64,000 bases of DNA from assembly GCF_006345805.1 (NCBI RefSeq), contig NC_043004.1, positions 13,950,001 through 14,014,000 on the forward strand, in the 5' to 3' direction. This DNA comes from Octopus sinensis (Eukaryota). Shown in pieces: positions 25,314 to 37,039 of the stretch. The position numbers and the translations under genes were made by a program. Under the pieces are notes generated by a model that was not told where the DNA came from, ran no database searches, and was given only the letters and a program-made list of their open reading frames with translations. Each line of letters begins with the position of its first letter. Position 1 is the stretch's first letter.

Positions 25314-26741
25314 ATTGGAATATTCATAACTAGATAGATAGATATAACTTGATTTCTACTAGTATAGCACTGCTTTAAGTAGATAACTAAGAGTTCTCAC
25401 ATTACAGTTATCTTTATCTTTTTCCTTATATCTGCATCAGTTTTTGAGAACAGGGAAATGAATAGTACTTATTCGCTACTTAATTGAGGCTTTATTTAAT
25501 TTCAAACTCACAATTTTTAAATTCTTAATTTTAAATCTTAATTGTAATATTTAATTTTAATTCCTAACTTAATCTAATTTAAATAGCATAACTCTAATAA
25601 ATTATAATTAGTTACTGTAGCCCCATAATTCTATTTCATAATTAAATAAATAAGGCTATTCCCTCGGTGATATATTATCTTCATTATGATAGACAATCCC
25701 CTAACACCTTGTAAATGATCTTATAAGATTTGACCTGTAGTCAGTCAATGTATGAATAATAACGACAACTCCTTAAGACAATAAAATGAATAAATTAATA
25801 AGTAAATTTTAATGACTTTTTGATAAGATTATACTTAGATTTTCCTAATGTATTTTCTGGTGATTTTAGCATCTGACCCCTTAACCCCTGACTGTGTTAT
25901 CTCTTTAGATTCTCTTTAAACTCATAGCTGATTTCAACAGCAATAATTAACGGTTTACTGGTCAAGAATAATATTCCCCTCTAGTTCCTAGATGCCTGTT
26001 GATTAAAACCAGACTTACAGTCTACTAGCTCTTCTGTATAACTAGAACCCTCTTTTTTCTTTTTCTTTTTTTCCTTCTTTCCCTATTTCTTTCTCTTTTC
26101 TCTTTCTTCTTTTTCTTCTTCTCATTCTCTGTTTCCTTTTCTCTTCTCTTCTAGTCCCCCTTTCCCCCCCCTTTTTGCTCCCTCCTCCATTTTTTCTCTC
26201 TTTTCTTCTATTCCCTTCTCTATTCTTGGCCGATCTAGTAAGCCCATCAGCCTTTAAGAGTTAAATAGCTACAGCCTCTTGTGATAGCAGTAATGTGATT
26301 AATGGCAAACACCTAATCATATAACAAGGATTGATACCTACCTCATTGTGTTCAACCATTGTAAAATTTATCGCCTGTGAATATGAAATTCATCTCCATT
26401 TCTCTGGAAATTACATCTACACCATTGGAATCTGTGCATATATACAAAGGATTAATTCACCTCTCTGTAATGCTAATAAGCAGGAATTGAGACCCACCTC
26501 TTGTAATTAACAATGGATAAATTTGTCTTCTGTGAGTATATAATCCCTCATCATATCTATGGAAATTCATATGGATTAGGTCACCTTCTCTGTGATGCTA
26601 TCAAAACTTTTTTAAAATTCTGTGATAAGACTGTACATCATCTTTAAAGAACTTTAATGAACTTTAGAAATCTGTTTAATTATCTACATTACTTCATGAG
26701 TATAGCCTCAAACACTAGGATGTCTAGAGAACTTACATGTA

Positions 26742-26832
26742 TTTTAGCTGATGAGTACGGGACTCGTTTATATGCTGTAATCTTTGCAACTTTTAATAAA
26801 ACCTGTCCTTGTATGAAACGATCGTACTAAAA
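26742..26832 (+). ncRNA. Minimal type-I hammerhead ribozyme motif (family E)
   Basis: ttttag-CTGATGA-gtac.gggac...gtcct.t.gtat-GAAAC-gatc-GTA-ctaaaa: 6-bp helix I, intact core, long helix II, perfectly palindromic helix III ACGATCGT. Predicted cleavage after 26826. Confidence 0.9.
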
Positions 26833-26885
26833 ACCTATCCATTCTTGTTGCTTCTTTCTCGTATATATATATATATATATATATA

Positions 26886-27050
26886 CGACACGCTTCTTTC
26901 AGTTTCCGTCTACCTAATCCACTCACAAGGCTTTGATCGGCCCGAGGTTATAGCAGAAGACACTTGCCCAAGGTGCCACGCACTGAGGCAGAAACGGAAC
27001 CATTTGGTTGGGAAGCAAGCCTCTTGCCACACGACTACGCCTGAGCCTAT
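26886..27050 (-). mobile_element. tRNA-derived SINE family 1, 5' half
   Basis: Reverse complement of the head and body seen at 55080-55240. More degenerate copies at 4505-4610, 16390-16500, 18895-19060 and 28130-28290. Confidence 0.8.
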
Positions 27051-27431
27051 ATAATGTAAAGAAAAACAAAGGTAAAAACGATCCCTTCAAAGGGGGTGTA
27101 GAACTTCCAATTCACTTGTATGGCAGTTGAATACCACAGAAACAGGGGTATAAACACAAATTACAAATAATAAATTAAAAAGAGATATACAATTGACAAT
27201 CTAACAGTTTATTACCTTATAATATAACATAATACACTATAAATATAATATAATATAACCAATTTCTTAAAAAACATAAACTCAAATAAAGCCAGCAATT
27301 TGTTTCGACTTATATACATTTTTTTGATTTATAAACAATTCATATCTATGTATACATATCTCTTCAGGGCCTTGGTTCAAAAGAAAAACGAAATTCCATG
27401 TAAAAGGACTGTTAAATTTTTATTTATTTAT

Positions 27432-27705
27432 GCGCTCTTTTTAAGCCTAGCCAGGCTCATGGGCCCGGTTTCTCGGTTTCTGTGGCGTATGGGACGCCAG
27501 TTCATTGCAGCATCAAGAAGAAAAAGGGAGAGAAAGTTGGGGCGAAAGAGTACAACAGAGGTCGCCACCACCCCGAGCCGGAGCCTCGTGGAGCTTTTAG
27601 GTGCTTTTGCTCAATAAACACACACAACGCCCGGTCTGGGAATCGAAACCGCGATCCCCCGACCACGAGTCCGCTGCCCTAACCACTGGGCCATTGCGCC
27701 TCCAC
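27432..27705 (-). mobile_element. tRNA-derived SINE family 3 (chimeric middle)
   Basis: Minus-strand head gtggaggcgcaatggcccagtggttagggcagcggactcgtggtc...ggtttcgattccc. 3' end shared with 32651-32897. The middle segment resembles 53380-53470. Confidence 0.75.
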
Positions 27706-29324
27706 AAGCTGCTTAATACCGATTCAAAATATCTGTTTAAGAGCGTGAACGCTAACTGCCTAGATACATAAGTAGAACAAAAGAAAAACACAATTCAAAT
27801 GGATAAACTAAGCAAAGAAAATTTATAACAGTTATCTTATACTATATTATATTTATAAAATATTATGTTATATCATAATGTAATAAATTCTTAGATTGTC
27901 AATTGATTTACCCTAGTTAATTAAGTTATTTGTAATATATACATATGCGTATATAAGTGTGTGTATGTATACACGTACACACGCATACCTATCTTTTGTA
28001 TTTTGTCATTTGCCTTTTATTTGTTTTATTGCTCTACGCCCATGCTGGGGCACAGCCTTGGATTTTTTTTTTCGTCTCAAAAAAATCATCGACCTACGTA
28101 CTTATTTTTTTAAAGTCCTGTATTTCGATTAGCCTTTGTTTGGCGTCCTGCTACAAGATCCCTTCACAATACACTGATCAGCAACAGGTTATATTAGAAG
28201 ACGCTTGCTCAGGATGATGCTGTAGGAATGAACCCGAAACCACAGGACTGCAAAACGAGCTTGCTACCCACACAACTACGCCTGCGCCTCCTTATACATA
28301 TATGGAAGAATCAATGCTCTCGAGAACTCTGTGGGATATCATCGATTGCTACGGTCGGTGCATCTACACGCAAGTAAGCAGCGCAATCTATAACTTTAAA
28401 CATATCAATCATAAATATTATTTCCCTAGTTTTATCTTTATTATCGCACTTTAGTCTCTCCTGTCATCATCGTATATGGCAAACATGTTCCTTCACGATA
28501 AGTGTTCTCCGTTCACATAGATTATCAATTATTATGAACTTAGATAGATACAGAAATATGTCCACTAGCACGCATTTACCAATGACTTATCCCCTACCGC
28601 CTTCCACAACGAACAAGCATTCGATTGTTTGATCGAGTGAACTGCCTACACGTTAAGTTGACGTTAAGTTAAGGTTAAGTTAACGTCGTCTAAGTGGCTG
28701 AGTGTTTCTAAGATACATGGACTCTCAATGTCATTCACAGGCTGAATCAGCACATACAAATGCCACAAAGTTGGATCACTGAAATACTTGTACGATTAAC
28801 CCCTAAAGTATTTATGCAGACTGTGTTTAATCAGTTGCATTCGCAAGGCTTGGGTAAAGACAAGGCTAGTTTAAAAGACGTTAATCTATTATGTAACGCA
28901 GATGGGACGATCATAAACGAGGCGTAAGGCTAAGGAATGAAATTCGTAAACACTTCATCATGTGTCCCCACACATATATATCTTCAAAAAATAACACACT
29001 CACGCACGCACACACACACACACACACACACACTCGCATGCAGATAGATAAGCACTTTGAAACACATTCGTATGATTATGCACACGCATACATACAAATA
29101 CAAATACATACATACACACACATACACACAAACGCACATATATACATATATGCACACACACACGCACACATATACATGTGTACACAGACGCAGACACCGG
29201 TACAGACACAGACACACACGAAGACACAGACGTAGATATACGCACACACGCACGCATGCACATACATACACACACACACACACAGACGCAGACACAGACA
29301 CACACATACACACACAGTACGTCA

Positions 29325-30538
29325 TAGTACCGCTGTGGAGCAGATGGAGCAGATATTTAACATTAGACAACTCAATGAGAAACAAATTCAGCTCGAGCCT
29401 GATCTGTATAGTTACTTCATCGAATTCAAAAAGGCTTTTGACCGTCCTTAACACGATGAGTTGTGTCAGGTGAGGAAGAATTACATCTTCGACAACAACC
29501 TCGTTGAAGTAGTCCAAGCACTGTATGAAACCTCAGCCAGTGGAGTCCTCCTGAACAATAACATCGGAGAATTCTTCAGAACAACAGTGTGTGTTCGACA
29601 AGGACGTCTCCTCTTTCTAGTGCTTTTCAACATCTTTCTGGAGAACAACCGACAGGAAACATTTGAAGGCATTCACCCCTCTGTTTCCATTGGTGGCGGC
29701 CCATTCCTACCAGTGATTTGTTAGTGAATGATATTGACCGGTTAGGAATTTAATGATATTGGTCAGTTAGGAAGCAGTGAAGCAAAACCACACGAGATCC
29801 CTACCAGTGTCAGGAACATAAGCAATAGAGATTAGCCCATAAAATTGCAATATCCTGGTTTATGGTAACAACCAAAACGCAGCAACCAATATTATGCTAA
29901 GCGGAGAGAGAGAGACTGGATGAATTGGACACCTTCAAATACTAAGGACGGCAGGTCTCGAAAGGAGATAACTACAAGACTCAGTTTAGTTTCTGCTGCC
30001 ACGTCTAGGTGGAACATATGGAGAAGCAATTCCATTAGCTTTTCAACAAGACTCAGAATGTACAAGACCCTCATGGTTCTGTTTTTTGTTTGTATAGGGA
30101 TGAGAGCTGGACTCATACAGACATGGAGCGGAGAATGCAGGAATTTGAACACAAGTGCTTCAGAACGTTGTTGCATATCCCGTACACAGAGCTGAAAACG
30201 AGCAGCTTTGTCTGGCGGCCAATCAACAAATACCTTGGCAGACAGGAACCACTCATTGTGCAAGATGAAAGCCTACTTGGTACCGTCATATATCCCACCA
30301 CACTACCTACCCAAAAACCATTCTTCAGAGTACAGTTAAGGTAGGGTGACAGAGAAGCAGACAGAAAAGAGATTTTGGTTTGACAACAAGAAGGCATGAA
30401 GAACTAGACAGGTTATGACACAGCAAACTTACTACGCATGACGGAGAACGGACAGCAGTGGCACCGACTGATTATGAAAGCGTCTAGAGTGGTACATCAA
30501 CAACTGGCTGCATCAGTTAAGACATCTTAATTATGATG

Positions 30539-30540
<2 letters not shown>
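29325..30540 (+). mobile_element. RTE-clade LINE, 5'-truncated and degenerate (RT domain to 3' end)
   Basis: Translates QIFNIRQLNEK...LYSYFIEFKKAFDR...VVQALYETSASGVLLNNNIGEFFRTTVCVRQG.LL..VLFNIFLE, and later SWTHTDMERRMQEFEHKCFRTLLHIPYTE. Ends in a gatgat tail before (TA)n. Confidence 0.85.
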
Positions 30541-30576
<36 letters not shown>

Positions 30577-30599
30577 ATTTATATGTATATGTATATATT

Positions 30600-31860
30600 A
30601 TTAGATAATAAAAAGAATGGTTTACACTTGGTAGCTTACTAGTAAAGTTTGTCATGTATTTGGTTAATGAGAGACGTAAGATGGAAGTTACGAGAATTTT
30701 TCTTAATCACTACAATTGTTTCGACCAATCTAGCATCGATCCGTCTTGGGTGGTATACTAAACAACTAGTTCAGGAGCATCCGACGGTATAGATGTGTCT
30801 CTTCCGATGATAAATAGATATAACTCATTAGAATAACAGTTCCTTAAGGTATCTTCTCAGTTTGTGTAAAGTAAAGCAACAGATTAAAGGATATAGCTTA
30901 ATTTATATAGAAGGTCAATAATAAAAAAATTAACAGGTGCAAAACAGAAACGAACACGCAATACAGCGAAAAATATTAAATAAAATTATTAACGGCTATG
31001 GATGTATAAACGCCCTCGTGTAGGTTATATAGCCCATGCATACTCGCTCCTACAGACATCAATGAAAACGTAGGCATACGCACACGTTTAGTTTGTCGCA
31101 CATATGTTCCCACAGCGAATCAAATAGCTACTTGTTGTTTATAAGAATGGGGAGGTTAGAGCTACATTTAATTAATCCATACCTTAAGGTGAATTATGAT
31201 TATTAATTAGGTTAACGGTTACTTAAAATTATTTCTCATTGCACTGTGCGAAAGTGCATTTATATGCATGTAAGCATCTGCAGAGTCTTTCAGAAATTCT
31301 ATTAATGATCTCATTGGTCCACAGAATAGACAACGATTCCTTGGAGCAAAGTCGGCATCTCCTGGAAATGATAATATATGGTTTTGCGTGATTTATTGTG
31401 GACCAAGCTATGTTAGACATAATTTTATCTTCCTTAAGTCGACACACACAATCGGTCAAAACTGTTGAATATCTCTTATTAATTTTCATGAAGCTTGTGT
31501 TATTGTTGCGAGAACGATTCTTGAATGAATCAGCCGTTGCCACAATGTACACATAGGGGCCTCCCCTTCTGTGCACGGTAACGGTACATTTATATACAAG
31601 ACTTGTACTCATACAGAGGTTCATCAATGGGCATCTTGACTTTTTCTGAATGAACATTTATTATATTTAGCTGTATATATTGTCATTTCTGACTTCATTT
31701 TCCGAGGTCGTTACCGTGTTAGCTATATCACTATCATTGCTACTATCACGATGTTGCCGTATCTGGAATTTTTTCGTGGCGATTTATAGTTATTCCTCAC
31801 CAGAGGAGACACATCTACACCGTTGAATGCTCCTGAACCAGTAGTTAAATATCCCAACCG
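30600..31860 (-). mobile_element. Second Penelope-like remnant: GIY-YIG endonuclease + pLTR with decayed hammerhead (family F)
   Basis: ORF 31229-31657 reads CPLMNLC...LVYKC...YVYIVAT..SFKNR...NIAWSTINHAKPY...CRLCSKE...IINRISE.LCRCLH. Minus 30708-30752 reads cac-ccaa-gacggatc(gatgcta)gattggtc-GAAAC-aatt-GTA-gtg (core CUGANGA eroded; helix III ACAATTGT palindromic). 31790-31858 is a partial inverted copy of 30755-30815. Confidence 0.8.
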
Positions 31861-31879
31861 TGATATATATATATACATA

Positions 31880-32088
31880 TATGTGACCTCGTGTGTACCG
31901 TTGGCGATTTTTTCCTCTATCTTCCCTTCTCTGGATCTTTCCTTCTCCTATGTTTCCCACGAAGAGCTCCGCTCGAAACGTTAAACCTTCCTTCTTTCCT
32001 TCTTTCCTGAGCGTCCAATAATACTATATTTGTTCCACGTCCTCGCGTTGTTGTGTTTTTTTGTGCTTTCTTGTTTGGATTAACTATA
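31880..32088 (+). mobile_element. Short TA-flanked element with decayed hammerhead motif (family G)
   Basis: 31952-31986 reads gttt-CCCACGA-a-gagc(tcc)gctc-GAAAC-GTT-aaac. Helices I and II pair perfectly; the core has two substitutions versus CUGACGA. (TA)n on both sides. Confidence 0.55.
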
Positions 32089-32650
32089 TATATATATATA
32101 TGCAATTCAACGCTCCACTACGGGCATCAGCAACCATTTTCTATCATACAACAGGAATTGTCCTTCTACTGGATACACATATGCAGAAATCCGTTAATGT
32201 CGCAGATGTCATACAATAAAATTATAATGCAAGAAGATGGAATAAATAGGCTTTAATCCAAATCGCTACATCTATTTTGGCGGCATTAGAAACAGCATGT
32301 AATTGCTGGGCGTTTAACATATTAAACACATTCTTGCATTAATATGATCTAGCAACATCCGTGTACGTGCACGTATATTTTTCGAATGAGTGCGTTCGAG
32401 AGCATATCCCTCGAACGCACTCGCCTGAAAAATACACCATATTTTGGAGATATCATGTGTTAAACTTAGATTTCTAAAATACGGCCAATAAATATAATTT
32501 CTGTATCGTGCCTAAGTATTAATACCTTAATATTTCAATATATTAATATATCAACATATCAAATTACTACATCAAAATCTTCAGGAAATCCTACTGTATG
32601 TTATGGAACGTACATTTTGAAATACCGTGACTTAGCATGTAAAATAAATG

Positions 32651-32897
32651 CGCCCTTTTTAAAGCCTACCCATGCTCATGGGCCCGGCTTCCCGGTTTCC
32701 ATACCGTATGTGTTCCCCAGCTAGATGGGACGCCAGTCCATCGCCACGTTACTCATTTTTGCCAGCTGAGTGGACTAGAGCAACGTGAAATGAAGTCTTA
32801 TGCTCAAGAACACAACGCGTCGCCAGGTCCAGGAATCGAAACCACAATCTTACGATCATGACGCCGACACCCTAACCACTAAGCCACGCACCTCCAC
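32651..32897 (-). mobile_element. tRNA-derived SINE family 3
   Basis: Minus strand: gtggaggtgcgtggcttagtggttagggtgtcggcgtcatgatc...ggtttcgattcctggacc...gcgttgtgttcttgagc...ttcatttcacgttgctc...ccactcagctggcaaaaatgag. tRNA head plus central domain. Confidence 0.85.
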
Positions 32898-33446
32898 ATA
32901 TTTAGCATATCAGTGACTTACAGACACTTATTTATCAAACTTAATTTATTTTATATTATGTTATATTAATTTCCTATATAATTATAATTTGAATGGCGTA
33001 ATTTCAAATAATCCAGTTTTAGCACAAACAGCCATAAGCGCTTTTTAAACCTAACATAACTAAACTTAATGATGACTGACTGATTTATACCTGGAAGAAG
33101 TGAAATGGTAATAGACTGATTAAAAGGTTAACCCTTTCATTACTAGCCAAACTAAAAGTAGACCGGTGCAATATATCTTCCCTTTGTCTTTTCTGCACTC
33201 ACCGAAAATACTTGCTGCCCTTCTGAACATTCAGTTTGTATTTCTATCCCATTTAAATCCATTCAATAAACTCCTTTCCTCTTTTGTCACCCACATTCAT
33301 TCTCATTTCCGAAACGCCATACACATCTAATTCTTCCTTTGTATTTGTTGTTTTACAGAACTAAAAATCTCTCTCTCTCACACACACATACGCTTTCTCT
33401 CTCTCTCTCTCTTACACACACACACACAAACACGCACACACACACG

Positions 33447-33480
<34 letters not shown>

Positions 33481-34553
33481 TTCTTCCCTATTTCTCCTCT
33501 ATCTTGTCCTTTTCCCTCTCTTTCTGTCCACGTTTTGCTCAGAAGCTTCAAATTGCAGACGTTCAATTGGAAGGAACATCGATTGATTGAATAGAACTAA
33601 TTAGTCTGGTACGACTTGCAACGACAAACAATGGACTTAGCCACTCCTCAGGCTAAGTCATAAAAAGTATTTCTACCAATAGAAAGCTTTTTGTATATAT
33701 GTATATGTGATGTGTGTGTATATGCGTGCATGTATCCGTGCGCATGCGTGCGTATGTGTGCGTCGATTCAATTATTACAGAGAACGTTCTCTAACTGAAG
33801 CAGTGCAATATAAGCACGATAGCACTGAATATATTATTATTGATAACGTCGATATAAGTATAGATTTAAAATTCAGTGACACCCAAAGCAAAATGTGTAA
33901 AGTTCCATTAACGGCTAAGTAGAATAAATTGCTGAAGTGCCAGATTTCAAGTTTTAGTCTAGTAATGCAAGTAAATCCTCTTTCTCCTGCTTTCATTGTT
34001 CTCACCATTCGACATTTCATTTAAACTATATCTTAAGTCCCTTAAAACCATCTAAGTACTAAAATATCTGGAAAAGCATTAGATATTTGCTCTTATTCAA
34101 ATTGAAAGTCATTCTGTGTGACTATAAATCATATTTTCATAGTATTAGCTTTATGATTTCTACTGCTTGTAAACGTTATATTTTTCTCTTTTCATTTTTT
34201 TTTCTTTTTGCGAACAGACTGAATAAAATAGCAACATATCACTAAATACTTTAATCTCCACGTTAAATCTTTACTTTCAGCCTTGTGGTAATATACCGAT
34301 CAGTATAATTCCAACACTATTAATAGGTGCAAAAATGCTTCGGCTAGTGAAACTCTACGTGAACAGTCGATTTGCTTGAAATAGCAATGAAATAGCTTTC
34401 AAATCAAGCCTTACTATCTTAATAAAGGGAAGTCACATTCGATAAAGCCATACTAGATGGATTATATCAACTTTGATGTTCACGAGTCGTCTCGATCAAG
34501 CTAATATGGGGTTAAAGAACAACCACAAAAGGTTCTTTAATTAGCAGAAACAT

Positions 34554-34800
34554 TACGAGGTGTTTCTGAAAAGTTCTTGGCTTTGGATAAAAGAAAATGC
34601 AGGACCATAAGTTAATTATGATTTTATTTAATTTAAAACATTCACCTTCAGATTCGCACACTTATTGCAATTGTTTTGGTTTTTCTATGCCCTCTAAAAG
34701 AACTAAGCCTTTCAGTAGAACCTTAAAGCCAGAAACGTCTCAGCACCTCATCGTACATGTCATTAAGCAGTGTATAAAATCATGAACAATTAGCAGAGTC
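34554..34800 (+). mobile_element. Mariner-like terminal fragment
   Basis: Begins tacgaggtgtttctgaaaagttcttggcttt, resembling TA-started mariner TIRs. No transposase ORF and no matching second TIR found. Confidence 0.4.
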
Positions 34801-36903
34801 GTTCGAGTGTTTTAGAAGGCATCATGTGGTATGCTGTTCATGTTTTTTACTCTATGGTTTAAATTCCAGTCAAGGTCGACGCATGTGTATTTATCGTTAT
34901 CAGGACGATAAAATAATGCACTTGTCAAGTGATGAGCTAATACTTGAAAGACTGAAACTTCTTCGAGCAGGAATATATGACAGCGAATCTCGAACGAATG
35001 TTTATAATACTGATTGTGCTTGTGCATCTGATGGGGATGTGGATTTTTCAATTGCTATATTACTCATACGAGGAGCGGTGATTCCGGATATAATTAATTT
35101 TGAAACCAATAATCATGAAACAACAATACATAAATACTATAATTAACTGGATATGCTGTGCCTGAGTCATCGTGCTTGACGCATAATTGACGGAAGAAGA
35201 AAAGAAAATCAAAAATAAAATGAAAATTACGAACGGCAACTTCGAAATATTAATTCTAAATTTTTAATTTTTTTTCCAGTATATATTGCATATTCTCTTC
35301 TTTAACAGAATACATTAATCAAACAGCTTAAAAACTTTGAACTGGAATGATGTAAATTGTTCAGCACAGTTTTTACACGAACGGTCAACACATCTTTTAG
35401 AATTATGTCCTATCAACGGAGTTATGCCAAATGTTTAAATTTCAGAATTATTCAAGTTTTCTACTTTGTGAAAGATTAGCTCTCTTATAGTGAAATAGCA
35501 TTCTGTCACTAGCAGACCTCTTAGCAATATCCGGAGAGAAAAACAGATCAATAACTCTATATGTTAGCTAACTATAAACTACTTGGTAGAAACGTTTTAA
35601 TAAATTGAAGCTAAGAAATAAAGATATGTAAAGTGTTGATGTAAATGAAGAAGAAAAAACAAAAATACAAAATATTAATGGAATGAGAGGAGATAAATAT
35701 AAAAATAAACAGAATGGAAATAGAATAGATTTATAGAAGTAAAAGATACAAAGTAACATTGCTGGGAGTAGAAATTGTTATGCAGCAAAACATTATATGC
35801 ATCGCAGTGATGAAACCTGTTCCATATATGTGCGATCAAGCAGTTTCGGATTGAAACCCACTGCCGGGCCCTGCATCGATATTGCTTAATGCGTGAATTT
35901 AGTGCACGGAATTTGTATGAAAGCCTGTCGCTGTTTATATTACGCCCGAGGGAGATTCGTTTAAAGGCGTATATTACTAAAGAAAAACAAAAACTCGTCA
36001 AAGAAAGGTGAAACGAAATTTTCCTGGAAATGAACGTGAAAGACAAATACCGATATTTCGCAGTTATTTCCGCCCATCAGTGTCGCATAATTCTCCACTT
36101 CCGAAACGAATCGCAACAGCCATGTAGAAATATGTATAGAAATAGCGTAAATATGTGTGTATGCGCGTGTGTATTTGTGCGTGCGTACGCGTGTGAGTGT
36201 GTGTGTGTGTGTGAGTGTGTGTGTGTATGCGTGTGTATGCATGTGTGTGTGTGTATGTGCGTGCGTGTGTGTATGCGTGCTTTGCTTTCAGTTTACCCCC
36301 GAAGCGCTTGACAACCGGAGTCAATTTGTTTACGTCATCTTAAGTGATCGGCCAAGAGGCTGATACAATGGTAAAAGAATATGCACTGAAGTGGAACACT
36401 ATGTCTTCCATCCTTCTGAGATCAATAAAATAAAGTACAAGTCGAGTACAGGGATCATTAGAATCAACTAGTTCTTTGCTTTTCAAAATAAATGGCTTCA
36501 TTCCTCAATGAGAAACATCTGGTATCTTTGCTGCATCTATTAAAATATTAGGTACCATACCATTGTTTTATGTGAATTTGCTGTTATATTTGCTTTAATG
36601 GCATGTACATTCTAAGTCTGTGTTTTGCTTATATCATTCGGTTGCGGGCAGTAATATTCAGATCAATCGCTTATTGAAGGGCGTGTTTGAATATTTTCAT
36701 TTGAGTGGCGATATTCACAAAATTGCAAAAGCAAGAAGTGCCGAAATACTTTGATTGATTAATAAGATGTGACAGATGCCCGCAAGTTTGAAAAAATATC
36801 ATTCATTAACACCTGGTATAATTCTAAAGACATAAGGATTTATACAAAAATACATCTAATCACTCTGATAATAATAATAATAATAATATTAATAATAATA
36901 ATG

Positions 36904-36963
<60 letters not shown>

Positions 36964-36979
36964 TAATGATGATGATAAC

Positions 36980-37036
<57 letters not shown>

Positions 37037-37039
<3 letters not shown>

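Larger units (their letters stand above)
24026..26861 (+). mobile_element. Penelope-like element remnant bounded by identical 122-bp inverted repeats containing hammerheads
   Basis: 24026-24147 is the exact reverse complement of 26740-26861. The interior encodes frameshifted PLE post-RT and GIY-YIG motifs. Right end abuts (TA)n. Confidence 0.85.
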
